Assembly: GCA_963765495.1 (NCBI GenBank)
Contig: CAVXWP010000007.1
Span: forward strand, 512,001 to 576,000
Source of the DNA: Blastocatellia bacterium
Lineage (GTDB): Bacteria; Acidobacteriota; Blastocatellia; UBA7656
Length of the DNA: 64,000 nt
Direction of reading: 5' to 3'
The translations under genes and the position numbers were made by a program. Position 1 is the first letter of the stretch, and the number at the start of each line of letters is the position of its first letter. Shown piece by piece: positions 7,971 to 17,718 of the stretch. The notes under the pieces are model-generated. The model was not told where the DNA came from. It saw nothing but the letters and a program-made list of their open reading frames with translations, and did no database searches.

Positions 7971-10742
7971 TCACTTCTTCACATTGCCGCGTTCGTCTAC
8001 GGGGCCGACGACCACGGTGGTCAATCTTTCCGGGTCGAGATATTTCCGCGCGACCCGCGTTATATCCGCGATTGTAACCGCGCGGATCAATTCGGGATAC
8101 TTCTCCAGATAGTCGAAGCCCAGGCCGTAGGTCTCTGCATCGACAAGGAATTCGGCTATCTGCGAATTGGTTTGAAAATCGAAAACGAAATTACCTGTCA
8201 AATATGCCTTCGCCGTCTCAAGCTCTTCTATAGTGACCGGCTCGGCGACTATGCGATGGATTTCGTGACGCAATCCCGAAACCGCCTTTTCAAGGTTTTC
8301 GGGTGCTGTGCCTATATAGGCGACAAAGCGCCCCGGATCAACACCGGCGCTCGCCGTGATGTTGCTGTATGTCGAATAGGCAAGCCCCTGCTCATCGCGA
8401 AGTATTCGAGGAATGCGCGAGGTAAAGCCGGGGCTTGAGCCTAAGATGGTATCGAGCACGAGCAGGGCGTAATAATCCGGGTTGCTGCGAGAGATGCCGA
8501 TGTGACCTATAAGAATGTTGACCTGTTCTTTAGGCGCGGCTACAAACCTCTCGATTGGTTTGGTCTGGCGGGTAGGTACCGGAGGCGGCGCGGGATTGAA
8601 CTCTTCCGCCTTTGCCCACGAGCCGAATGCTTCTTCGATCTTCTTTTTCAATTCGAGCGAATCTATATCGCCTACAATTGTCAGCACTGTGGCGTTGGGC
8701 ACATAGTAGCGCCGATAAAAATCGACCATATCATCCCTCGTCAACCGGCGAACCGTCTCTTCCAGTCCCACCGAGGGGCGATGTTGCGGATGCCCTTCAA
8801 ATACTATTTCGTTGAAGACATCCGAAGCCTGAACTCGCGGAACATCCAGCCTGCTTTTGAGTTGAGCGAGACGACGGTCGATATGCTGGCGGACTTTATC
8901 TTCCGGGAACGTAGCGTTTACGAGCAAATCGGCGATGATGTCGAGGCCGAGACCTACATCCTGAGATAGAAAAGCCGCCCGCGCACCGCTCTCCTGATAA
9001 TCTCCAAAGGTGGCGAGTCGGCCTCCGACCGACTCGACCGATTCGGCTATCTGCTCGGAAGTTCGGCTCTCGGTTCCCTCATCGATCAACTCTCCGACCA
9101 GAGAGGCGAGGCCCGACTTCGAATCGGGTTCGAATCTTGACCCGGCGCGCGCGATTGCGCTGATGGAGACCGAGGGCGTGGTGTGATTTTCCGAGAGCAG
9201 GACCGTCAGACCGTTAGCAAGTTCAAATCGCTCTACTTCAAGACGTGGCCGTGTGCTGTGACGGCTGTTTATTGATCGGTCATCTTTTCCCGGGGTATCG
9301 GGCGCGTGGGTTGAATTCTGCCCCGCGCCGGTTCTAAACGAAGCATTCTCCGAGATCGCGGATTCGGAATTTGAGGTTTGGGATTTGAGATTCGAGACAT
9401 CAGAGTCCGACTCTGATGTCTCGAATGAGTCTTCGTCTATCAAATAGCCGACCGTGCGATTGTCTTCGGTGAAATACTTTCGCGCAACGCGGGCAACCTC
9501 TTCGCCCCGGACCGCGTGAACCTCTGCGGTCAGCGCGTCGAGGTATTTATAACCCCGCGCGTATTCCGGTATGGACGGATGAAAAGCGATGGTTTCATAC
9601 TGTCCGAGCAGTATGGCCTGTTGCAGTGCGTCTTCGTGATTCAGCACGAGGCCCGCTTCGATCTGCCGTTTGGCGCGCTCAAGTTCGGCGCTCTCGACCG
9701 GCTCGCTTTTCAGTCGCTCTATCTCTTCATAGATGGCGCGCTCGACGGCTTCGAGTTCGAACCCGGGTTTCAACTCGGCCTGAATATAAAACAGCGAAGG
9801 GTCTATGTGATCGTGATAGCTTGCCCTGGCGAATGTGACCGACTGATCTCCTTCAACCAGACGCCGGTAAAGCCGCGATGTCTTGCCCGAAGAGAGCAGC
9901 GTCTCTACGATCTGTAGAGCGTGGGAATCGCTGTGGCCGACGGCGGGCGCGTGATAGCCTATCAAGAGGCGCTCGACGGGGGTCTCTTTTTTTACAACCA
10001 CGCGCTTTTCGCCGCGCTGCGGCGGCTCGACTATGGTGAGGTTCCTGACCTCAGGTGTTGCCGGGATGGAACCGAACAATTCGGTTACTTTTTCGACGAC
10101 TTCATCGGTGTTGAAATCGCCTACGATTACAAGCGACGCGTTTTGCGGATGATACCATTTGTCATAATAAGCCTTCATATCATCGGCCGTAGCCGCTTCC
10201 AGGTCTTCGAGCCACCCGACGGTCGGCCAGTGATAGGGGTGCTGGCGAAAGGCGGTCGCCCACACTTCGTTTTCAAGCGCCTCCCACGGGCCGTCAAGTC
10301 CTATGCGCAACTCTTCTTCGACTACACGTTTTTCGGGTTCGAACTCCTCTTCGGCAAACGTGGTATTGCGCATGCGGTTGGACTCTATTTCGAGGGCGGC
10401 CTGCCATCTGTCTGAGGCGAATGTAAAATAATAGGCGGTAAAATCCAGCCACGTGAAGGCATTGTTTGCCCCGCCGTTCTTTAGCGTTATCATATCTATC
10501 TCGCCCCGGCTGTAGCGATCTGTACCCTTAAAGAGCATATGTTCGAGGAAGTGCGATTTGCCGGTCTGTCCTAGCTCTTCGTTACGCGAGCCTACGCGGT
10601 ACCAGATGATCGTGGCGACCACGGGTTTGTCGTGAATCTCTTTTGTGATCAGCGTGAGCCCGTTTGGTAAAACCGTGCGAGTCACGCCGCGAGTGAGAAA
10701 AGATTGAAGCTGTGGTTCGATGTCTGATTCAGGAGTTTGCAT
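7971..10742 (-). CDS. M16 (pitrilysin/insulinase) zinc peptidase, fused double unit
   Basis: Inverted zinc motif HFLEH in the N half; second unit (LANGLTVLL...) lacks HxxEH; start uncertain (10742 or 10751). Confidence 0.92.
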   Translation of the reverse strand: MQTPESDIEPQLQSFLTRGVTRTVLPNGLTLITKEIHDKPVVATIIWYRVGSRNEELGQTGKSHFLEHMLFKGTDRYSRGEIDMITLKNGGANNAFTWLDFTAYYFTFASDRWQAALEIESNRMRNTTFAEEEFEPEKRVVEEELRIGLDGPWEALENEVWATAFRQHPYHWPTVGWLEDLEAATADDMKAYYDKWYHPQNASLVIVGDFNTDEVVEKVTELFGSIPATPEVRNLTIVEPPQRGEKRVVVKKETPVERLLIGYHAPAVGHSDSHALQIVETLLSSGKTSRLYRRLVEGDQSVTFARASYHDHIDPSLFYIQAELKPGFELEAVERAIYEEIERLKSEPVESAELERAKRQIEAGLVLNHEDALQQAILLGQYETIAFHPSIPEYARGYKYLDALTAEVHAVRGEEVARVARKYFTEDNRTVGYLIDEDSFETSESDSDVSNLKSQTSNSESAISENASFRTGAGQNSTHAPDTPGKDDRSINSRHSTRPRLEVERFELANGLTVLLSENHTTPSVSISAIARAGSRFEPDSKSGLASLVGELIDEGTESRTSEQIAESVESVGGRLATFGDYQESGARAAFLSQDVGLGLDIIADLLVNATFPEDKVRQHIDRRLAQLKSRLDVPRVQASDVFNEIVFEGHPQHRPSVGLEETVRRLTRDDMVDFYRRYYVPNATVLTIVGDIDSLELKKKIEEAFGSWAKAEEFNPAPPPVPTRQTKPIERFVAAPKEQVNILIGHIGISRSNPDYYALLVLDTILGSSPGFTSRIPRILRDEQGLAYSTYSNITASAGVDPGRFVAYIGTAPENLEKAVSGLRHEIHRIVAEPVTIEELETAKAYLTGNFVFDFQTNSQIAEFLVDAETYGLGFDYLEKYPELIRAVTIADITRVARKYLDPERLTTVVVGPVDERGNVKK

Positions 10743-10905
10743 AATAATCATATCTTGAACGAAATAATTGCTGCGACAGTTCTGCCTGAGTCCCCCTTTC
10801 ATAGTTATCTTGCTTTTAACGGGCAAGAATAAAAATTGTAGTTGGGGGCTTGAATAACTGTCAAACCCGCCACCTGAAAGAATGAGTTGAGAGTTGCCAC
10901 GGAGG

Positions 10906-11046
10906 CAGGGCCATTCAGTTTTTGACTTGCGAGTTGTATGCGACAAAATGTTTGCAGGTTAATACGAACGAAAGGCGAGTGGGAATAGGCCGGGACGGCC
11001 TATTTCTATTTTCCAATTCTACATTTTGGAAAACTGAATGGCCCTG
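10906..11046. mobile_element. MITE with 17-bp terminal inverted repeats and a probable 10-bp target-site duplication
   Basis: CAGGGCCATTCAGTTTT ... AAAACTGAATGGCCCTG flanked by GCCACGGAGG (10896-10905) and GCCACAGAGG (11047-11056). Confidence 0.75.
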
Positions 11047-11407
11047 GCCACAGAGGCACCGCAGACACAGAGATTTTTATTCTTTTCTCTGTGTCTTTGT
11101 ACCTCCGTGGCAACTCTTCTCTCTTAATAATCAGATACGCTTGAAAGCACCGCCTTAAAATTTGAGGGAAATCTAAGAGCCGAAGAGACTCGAACTCTAG
11201 TAAAGACTTGATTTCCGTCCCCTTGCTGTAGATACTTGAGCGTACTTGCGAGCCATCGGGTCATCAGTACAAATGTTGAGCTTTAAGTTTTGAAAAACCA
11301 TAGGAGCGAATCGCGCTTGTAGCGAGCCGGAGCCGGACGACAAGCGCGGCCATCGAGGAATATTACCTGATCATCCGCCTGAAGTTTGCGGCGCACGTAG
11401 GAGGCAA

Positions 11408-11776
11408 ATGACTAAGGCAGAACTAGTAGAAGAAGTGGCACGCGCGGCTGAGTTGAACAAGCGCGATGCCGAAGTGATAGTCGAGACTGTTTTCGATTCA
11501 ATCATCGGCGCACTGCACAAGGGCGAAAAGGTGGAACTGCGCGGATTTGGCAGCTTCCGCACTCGCGAGCGAGGCCCGCGCCGGGGAAGAAATCCGAAGA
11601 CGGGCGAGCCGGTAGATGTTCCGGCCAAGCGCGTGCCGTATTTCAAACCCGGCAAAGAGCTAAAAGAGTATTTTACCGACAAGCCGGACGGCGACCAGCA
11701 GACTCCTGGCGAAAGCGAGAGTGCTGCGGAAGCCGGCACACCCGACACGTCCAACAGCGGCGGCTTTGGCCTTTAA
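11408..11776 (+). CDS. HU/IHF-family DNA-binding protein (IHF beta-like) with acidic tail
   Basis: MTKAELVEEVA...VELRGFGSF...GRNPKTGE...PYFKPGKEL; GGAGG RBS. Confidence 0.95.
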   Translation: MTKAELVEEVARAAELNKRDAEVIVETVFDSIIGALHKGEKVELRGFGSFRTRERGPRRGRNPKTGEPVDVPAKRVPYFKPGKELKEYFTDKPDGDQQTPGESESAAEAGTPDTSNSGGFGL

Positions 11777-11862
11777 GCCACAGACCCGCCTGCCGATGCA
11801 ATGAACTATGGATAATGATACTTCACCTGTCATCATCCATAGTCCATCGTTTCGACAGCAGT

Positions 11863-12312
11863 TTACGGCGATCTGCTCCGCTTGAAATAGAAGATAAACG
11901 CCGCCACGAAAACCAGGATCGAGGACGCGAGCCCGAGCCAGTACCAGACGGTCCATTCGAGCGGAAATATCCCCGTTGCATGTCCCGTGTCGGTGCGCTC
12001 TTTGTACATCAGGAAGGCGCTCAACCCGCCGCCCACCGTGCCGCTCAGAGCATAAACGGATGGGATGCGATCCGAGATAAAGCGCATCAGCCCGAGCAGA
12101 AACACCAGAAACATCATAAGCGGAATGAGCCACAGCACCGGGCGTGTGTGTCGCGCCAGGTCAAACCCGCTTGCCGAGTCTCTGGATTGATCGCAGCCTG
12201 CCTGTATCCAGGGAAGAAAAAAACAGATCAGGGTGAACGATGCTGCGCTCAGGTTTACTCGTCGCGCTCCGTTCATATTCGCGCTCCTTTTATCCTTTGG
12301 CCGTCGCGCCAC
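11863..12312 (-). CDS. Hypothetical membrane protein (about 4 TM)
   Basis: CFFLPW...SGFDL motif and four hydrophobic segments; start uncertain. Confidence 0.7.
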   Translation of the reverse strand: MARRPKDKRSANMNGARRVNLSAASFTLICFFLPWIQAGCDQSRDSASGFDLARHTRPVLWLIPLMMFLVFLLGLMRFISDRIPSVYALSGTVGGGLSAFLMYKERTDTGHATGIFPLEWTVWYWLGLASSILVFVAAFIFYFKRSRSP

Positions 12313-12353
12313 AAAGCGGCTTACTCCTTTTAGTTTGAATCACACCCTGGCAA

Positions 12354-12382
12354 TTGACAAATCGATTGGCGGAAAATAGATT
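12354..12382 (+). promoter_or_regulatory. Sigma70-type promoter for the cytochrome c gene
   Basis: TTGACA-17 nt-TAGATT. Confidence 0.65.
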
Positions 12383-12423
12383 GATCCTGCCACTATATTC
12401 CTGCTGAAAAAAATGATGGAGGT

Positions 12424-12855
12424 TTGAGTGTGGGTAAAGTTATCACTGCGGTTGTATCGCTGTTGTTGGTGAGCGGGTTTGCAACATCCGGGGCTCAGCA
12501 GACGCAAAAGAGCCGTATCGCGCGAGGCAAATATCTGGTCGAGCAGGCGGCGATGTGCGTAGACTGCCATTCGCCGCGAAACGAGCGTGGCGAGTTTATA
12601 CGTGAACGGTGGCTTCAGGGCGCGCCGCTCGATTTTGCGCCCATTCATCCGATACCCGACTGGGCCGATCACGCGCCTTCGCTTGTCGGATTGCCGCCGG
12701 GTTGGACCGAGGCCGAAACTATCAAGACGCTTGAAACAGGCATAGCGCCTACGGGTAAGATGTTGCGCCCGCCTATGCCGCAGTACAGGATGTCGCGGGC
12801 TGATGCGTCGGCGATTGTGGCCTATTTGAAATCGCTAAAGAGAGCGGGCGACTGA
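12424..12855 (+). CDS. Exported monoheme c-type cytochrome
   Basis: Signal peptide, ARGKYLV, CVDCH heme motif, PPMP distal Met. Confidence 0.9.
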   Translation: MSVGKVITAVVSLLLVSGFATSGAQQTQKSRIARGKYLVEQAAMCVDCHSPRNERGEFIRERWLQGAPLDFAPIHPIPDWADHAPSLVGLPPGWTEAETIKTLETGIAPTGKMLRPPMPQYRMSRADASAIVAYLKSLKRAGD

Positions 12856-12911
12856 CTATGTCAAACGACAAGAGATAGGTAGAGATGAAATTGTGTGTGA
12901 AGTGTTGAACT

Positions 12912-12984
12912 TTTTAGACAGGATTGACAGGATTAGAAGAGAAACCCGTTGAATCCTTCAAAATCCCGTCAATCCTGTCTAAAA
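12912..12984. terminator. Inverted repeat (GACAGGATT family) between convergent genes; possible bidirectional terminator
   Basis: TTTTAGACAGGATTGACAGGATT ... AATCCCGTCAATCCTGTCTAAAA. Confidence 0.6.
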
Positions 12985-12995
12985 GTCGATCGCTA

Positions 12996-13226
12996 TCAGG
13001 CGCGGCCTGTGCCGTAGCAACTCCGGCCCGAAGACGAGCAGTTCCCCGGCTCCGCAAGTTTCCCGTCAGGCCCCAGACAGGTTTGGGTGTAGAGACACCA
13101 AAACAGCCCGTCATTGGTCGGGGGAACGTGCGGGTCGTGCTCGGCGAGGATGAATTGTCCCTTCCACCTGAGGCAATGGCAAAGGTCGGCGCGGTCCGTG
13201 CTGAATCGTTCGGCTTCTGTGATCAT
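12996..13226 (-). CDS. Small 6-Cys protein, last gene of the Mo-hydroxylase operon
   Basis: Starts 3 nt after the FAD subunit stop with AGGAG RBS; Cys at residues 16, 18, 44, 50, 63, 70. Confidence 0.75.
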   Translation of the reverse strand: MITEAERFSTDRADLCHCLRWKGQFILAEHDPHVPPTNDGLFWCLYTQTCLGPDGKLAEPGNCSSSGRSCYGTGRA

Positions 13227-13229
13227 CTC

Positions 13230-14213
13230 TTAACTCCTTCCCGCGGCCTTTAGTAGCGCGCGTTTGACCGCGACTCGCGCGAGTTGAATCTTGTAGGCAT
13301 TGCGGCCCAGACTCTTTGCGCTTGTCACCGCCGCATCGCCCGCTGCCTGAGCCGTCTCTTCGTTGATCTCCTTGCCCGCAAGTAGCTGTTCGGCTTCCCG
13401 CGCTCGCCACGGCCTCGGGGCCACGTGCCCCATCACTACCTGAGCGTCGCTCACCCGATTGCCTTTCATCTTGAGCACGACCGAAGCCGCAGCCAGCGGC
13501 CAGTCGAGCGCCTCTTTCTGGCGCACCTCATAAGTCGCGCTCTTTGCTCCTCCGGCCACAGGCACAAGGATGTCTGTTACAAACTCCCCCGGGCTCAAAT
13601 CGTGCTCGCGGTCCTTTTCAGTCATAGGCGTGACGAAGAAACGATCCATAGCCACTTCGCGCTGACCCTTCGGCCCGTAAATTCTGACCTTCGCGCCAAA
13701 GGCAATCAGCGCGGGCGCAAGGCTCGAAGGGTTCACAAAGTAGGCCGGACCCGCGTTGCCCAGTATCGCGTGATAGCGGTTATCGCCGCCCGGCACAAGC
13801 GCCTCGCCGTCTTTATCTATGGCGAGAATGCCGTAACCGGCCCGATAAAACCAGCACCTCGGGCGCTGGCACAGATCGCCGCCCACGGTTCCCATATTGC
13901 GAATCTGAGGGCTTGCGATGCCTTCGGCCGCGTGCGCGAGCGCCCGGTACTGACGGGCTACGACGGGCGTGTCGAGCAGTTCCTGAACAGTCGCGAGCGC
14001 GCCTATTCTGAGGCCGTTCGACCCGATGGTGATGCCGCGCAGTTCCTTGATCTCTTTTATGCTGACAAGACGTTTGGGGCTGACCACGTCATCCTTCATC
14101 AGCGAGAGCAGGTCGGTCCCTCCGGCCAGCACCTCCGCCTCGTCCCAGCTTTCGCCCAGTAACTTTACGGCTTGATCTTTTGTCGCAGGGTTTGCGTATT
14201 CAAATGCGCGCAT
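13230..14213 (-). CDS. Xanthine dehydrogenase family FAD-binding subunit (PaoB/YagS-like)
   Basis: LAGGTDL, IASPQIRNMGTVGG, VAPRPWR motifs. Confidence 0.92.
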   Translation of the reverse strand: MRAFEYANPATKDQAVKLLGESWDEAEVLAGGTDLLSLMKDDVVSPKRLVSIKEIKELRGITIGSNGLRIGALATVQELLDTPVVARQYRALAHAAEGIASPQIRNMGTVGGDLCQRPRCWFYRAGYGILAIDKDGEALVPGGDNRYHAILGNAGPAYFVNPSSLAPALIAFGAKVRIYGPKGQREVAMDRFFVTPMTEKDREHDLSPGEFVTDILVPVAGGAKSATYEVRQKEALDWPLAAASVVLKMKGNRVSDAQVVMGHVAPRPWRAREAEQLLAGKEINEETAQAAGDAAVTSAKSLGRNAYKIQLARVAVKRALLKAAGRS

Positions 14214-16347
14214 TGTTGCCTCCCTTCTCTTCGAGAGCCGCGAGCACTCGATCAGGTGTGAGCGGTAGCACAGGCACTCTCACCCCTATGGCGTTTGCAA
14301 CAGCATTCGAGATAGCGGCTCCGGGCGAGATCACGGGCGGCTCGCCGATGCCGATAACTCCGCGATCATCGTATTCCTTTGTCGTCATCATGTGGACCAC
14401 GAGTTCGCCTATGTCGCCGATGCCCGCCAGCTTGTAAAACTCCATGTTCGGATTCAGCATGCGACCCGTCTTTTGATCCATGATCTTCTCTTCATAGAGC
14501 GCGTAACAGACGCCCATAATCAGAGAGCCGTAGACCTGGCTTTCGGCGGTCTTGAGATCGATGATAAGACCGCAATCCTGAACGGCTACGAGCTTGTTGA
14601 TTTTGACTACGCCCGTCTCTATATCTACGGAAACATCGGCCATCTGCGCGCCGCCCACGCCGCTGCTGTTGAGGCGGCCCGGCCCGGGATTCTGACCGCG
14701 AACCGTGATCGGCATAGCGCCCATCTTTGCGCAAGCCTCTTTCCAGCTAAGACTCTGACCTGTGTTCCCAGCCACTCGAATGCGCCCGCCCACGGCTTCA
14801 AGCTCTTCGGGCTTTGCATTGAGCGCGGGCGCTACCTTGGCAAAGAGTTGCTCCAAAGCGTCCTGCGCGCCTCGACGAGTCGAGGCGCTCACGCCTCCGA
14901 TGGTAGTGCTGCCGCCCGACCCGCCCGATACGGGATAGCGGTTGTCGCCTATCATAAGCTTGATGGTTTCAAGCGGAAGGCCGAACGTGTCGGCGGCTAC
15001 GATCATAATCGCCGTGCGGGTGCCGGTCCCAAGGTCCTGCGTGCCCATCTTTATCTCTACCGAGCCGTCGGGCTGAATCGTCACATCGCATGCGCTGGCG
15101 TGACCGCCGCCGCCCCACGTGTGTATCGAAAGCCCGAGCCCGCGTTTCATATGACCGCTCGTTTTGTCGCCGCGTTGATGCCAGTTCTTTTTCCATCCGA
15201 TCAACTCGGCCGCTATGCCCAACTCTTCGCGATAGACCTCGCTGTTTCGCCCGGTCATCTCGATATTCTTCAGGAAGAAATCGAGCGGGTCCATTTCGAG
15301 TTTTGCCGCGAGGTCTTCGAGCGCGGCCATAGTTATCAGCGCCCCCTGCGGATGATTTGGAGCGCGCCAGGCGCGGGCCGGGCCTATGTGATTGACTATC
15401 GCCGTGTGCTGTTTGCGCTGGTTTGGAATGCTGAAGATATAAGGCAGAGGGGGAGAGCCGCCGCCGCCTACTCCACCCGTTCCCCACGACTCCGAATCCC
15501 ACGCCACGATCTCGCCGCTCTTTTTGGCCCCTACTTTCACGTGAGCGTAAGCCGAGGGGCGCGCTCCTGCCACCATCAATTCGGCATCGCGTTCGAGCAT
15601 AAACTTGACGGGTTTGCCGTCTGCAAGCTTCGACACATTTGCGCCTTCGATGCCCCAGCGGTCGGGTCCGAATTTGCTGCCAAAGCCTCCGCCTATGTGA
15701 TCCTGTTTGACCCGGATGTTCCCGGCAGGAATCTCAAGCGGCCCGGCCATCTGTCCAGCGATGCCCGAAACATTTTGCGTAGACATATGCACAAGCAGGT
15801 TCTTTTCGTCTTCCCATTCGGAAATCGAGCCGTGCGTTTCCAGACAGCAATGTGTGATTACCGGCACGCCATACGTGCCTTCGGCGACGACTTCGGCTTC
15901 GGCAAAGCCCTTTTGCGGGTCGCCTACCTTTTGCTCGGCGGTAGCCTTAGCCAGTTCGCCCGCCGCCTTCGGGTCGTCATCGAGCACCAGATGCGGTAGC
16001 ACCTCGTATGTGACTTTGACAGCGCGCGCGGCGTCTTCGGCCGTAGGCTCATCGACGGCCGCTATTGCCAGAATTTCATCGCCTGCCCACTGGATTTCGG
16101 TGCCCGGCCCCTGGGTTATCTTTATAGCTTTTACGCCGGGCATTCGTTCGGCCGCGCTTGTGTCTATGCTGATGACTTTTGCGTGCGCGTGCGGGCATCG
16201 GACTATCTTGCCCTGAAGCATAGCGGGCCGGTTCAGATCATAAGTGTATTTCGCGTGCCCCGAGACCTTTTCAGGTCCGTCAACGCGCGAGATGCGTTTG
16301 CCTATCAGCGACCGTTTCTCAGGTTCCGGCCATTTGTACTCAGCCAT
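14200..16347 (-). CDS. Xanthine dehydrogenase family molybdopterin-binding subunit
   Basis: RVDGPEKVSG, GGGFGSK, WRAP, QDLGTG, GGSGGS, GIGEPP; ATG at 16347 overlaps the 2Fe-2S gene end. Confidence 0.93.
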   Translation of the reverse strand: MAEYKWPEPEKRSLIGKRISRVDGPEKVSGHAKYTYDLNRPAMLQGKIVRCPHAHAKVISIDTSAAERMPGVKAIKITQGPGTEIQWAGDEILAIAAVDEPTAEDAARAVKVTYEVLPHLVLDDDPKAAGELAKATAEQKVGDPQKGFAEAEVVAEGTYGVPVITHCCLETHGSISEWEDEKNLLVHMSTQNVSGIAGQMAGPLEIPAGNIRVKQDHIGGGFGSKFGPDRWGIEGANVSKLADGKPVKFMLERDAELMVAGARPSAYAHVKVGAKKSGEIVAWDSESWGTGGVGGGGSPPLPYIFSIPNQRKQHTAIVNHIGPARAWRAPNHPQGALITMAALEDLAAKLEMDPLDFFLKNIEMTGRNSEVYREELGIAAELIGWKKNWHQRGDKTSGHMKRGLGLSIHTWGGGGHASACDVTIQPDGSVEIKMGTQDLGTGTRTAIMIVAADTFGLPLETIKLMIGDNRYPVSGGSGGSTTIGGVSASTRRGAQDALEQLFAKVAPALNAKPEELEAVGGRIRVAGNTGQSLSWKEACAKMGAMPITVRGQNPGPGRLNSSGVGGAQMADVSVDIETGVVKINKLVAVQDCGLIIDLKTAESQVYGSLIMGVCYALYEEKIMDQKTGRMLNPNMEFYKLAGIGDIGELVVHMMTTKEYDDRGVIGIGEPPVISPGAAISNAVANAIGVRVPVLPLTPDRVLAALEEKGGNNARI

Positions 16348-16975
16348 TTCGCCGCCCTCCCTTTCTGTGGCTCGCGGCCTCGGCGACCGCCGCGCGGATG
16401 CCCATATACGTCCCGCAGCGGCAGAGGTTGCCGCCCAGTCCTTTTTGAACCTCTTCGGGCGTTGGGTTGGGGTTTTTGTCCAGGAAAGCCTTGCAGGCGA
16501 CGACAAACCCCGGGGTGCAGAATCCGCATTGCTGCGCGTCGTTGTTTACAAAAGCCTGCTGAATCGGGTGCAGTTTGCCGCCCTCGGCCAGCCCCTCGAC
16601 CGTAGTGATCTGTTTCCCTTGAGCTTCGACGGCAAGCACCGTACACGAATAGACGGGCTTGCCGTCGAGCAGGACCGTGCAAGCGCCGCAGGTTGCGCGG
16701 TCGCATACGCGCTTTGCCCCCGTGACATCAAGCTCGTTTCGAAGCGCCTCAAGCAGGGTCACTCGCGGCTCTACCTCCGTCTGTCGTTTCAGCCCGTTAA
16801 TGGTGAGCGAGATGGGCATCTTTCCCGGTCCGTAAACCTTTACCTCCGCGCCGGCGACTTTGACTATTCGATAATTCATCACCAGCGGGACCGACAAAGA
16901 GATGCCCGATACTTTCAGGAAATTACGCCGAGACAGGCCCGCGCCCGTCTCTTTCTGCTTTTCATCATCACGCAT
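16340..16975 (-). CDS. 2Fe-2S subunit with twin-arginine signal (PaoA/YagT-like)
   Basis: SRRNFLK Tat motif; CDRATCGAC and QCGFC...NLCRC cluster motifs. Confidence 0.93.
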   Translation of the reverse strand: MRDDEKQKETGAGLSRRNFLKVSGISLSVPLVMNYRIVKVAGAEVKVYGPGKMPISLTINGLKRQTEVEPRVTLLEALRNELDVTGAKRVCDRATCGACTVLLDGKPVYSCTVLAVEAQGKQITTVEGLAEGGKLHPIQQAFVNNDAQQCGFCTPGFVVACKAFLDKNPNPTPEEVQKGLGGNLCRCGTYMGIRAAVAEAASHRKGGRRNG

Positions 16976-17011
16976 CCGTCGCCTCCAAGTTCTAACGCCT
17001 GCCCCGGCCTA

Positions 17012-17473
17012 TCAAGGCGCGGGCGCGGGCGTTTCTCTGAATTCCATTTCTTCGCGACAACAAGGACATGGCCCCGGCGCATACAACTTTATGTTGCAGA
17101 CTTCGCAAAAATAATAGATGTCATAGAGCTTGCCCTCCTTGATCGCTTGAACCTTTACTATTTCTAACTGGTCCTTCGCGTGAAGGCTGGCGGTAATTAG
17201 AAGCTCCCGCTGGCGCACTCTCTTATCCGTAAATATCGCGGCCATAGAATCGGTGGGTGAAAAGGTGTAAACCCGCGCGTCTTCGCCCACAAGGGCGAAC
17301 CTTTCGGGCGACTCCGGGCACTCGTCAAGGCGGTTGCCGCTCTGGTCCGTGCAGACGACTCTGCCCCGAACCTCTACCGGGCCGGATTTCTCTTCGGACT
17401 GACCGGCCGCCGCAAAAGGCGAGAGCAGAATCAACAGAAGCAATACCGAAAGAATGAGAGAGGGAAATCGCAT
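17012..17473 (-). CDS. Exported protein with C-terminal Cys-rich metal-binding motif
   Basis: Signal peptide; YFCEVC-x7-GPCPCC. Confidence 0.7.
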   Translation of the reverse strand: MRFPSLILSVLLLLILLSPFAAAGQSEEKSGPVEVRGRVVCTDQSGNRLDECPESPERFALVGEDARVYTFSPTDSMAAIFTDKRVRQRELLITASLHAKDQLEIVKVQAIKEGKLYDIYYFCEVCNIKLYAPGPCPCCREEMEFRETPAPAP

Positions 17474-17718
17474 GGCCTGCCGCTTCCTGAAAACTATGTT
17501 GTGAAGCTCTATGGTTACGGATGAGGCACAATCGCGCTCCGGGCATCATTGGAATCCCACTGGAAACGGATGCGCGTGAGCGTCAATCTATTTACGTCTT
17601 GGTTACTTTGCTTGCCTCGGCCAATACCTTATCACACGGGCATTTTAAGGCGCAACGATTGGGCAGGCAGCCATTAAAAGAGAATCTCGTTTGATCTTTC
17701 AAAAACCTGTTAATCCTG

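Noticed and set aside
10752-10946. Extended N-termini in the ORF track (M16, also mtnA, DUF1028, Mo subunit, SBP, TPR-CBM)
   Set aside because: Extensions run through intergenic repeats or upstream genes; downstream ATGs fit RBS or family starts better
14392-15999. 535-aa + strand ORF, and similar long antisense ORFs at 4057-4890, 20321-21388, 29621-30484 and 62784-63569
   Set aside because: Shadows of well-supported opposite-strand genes in GC-rich DNA; no recognisable motifs
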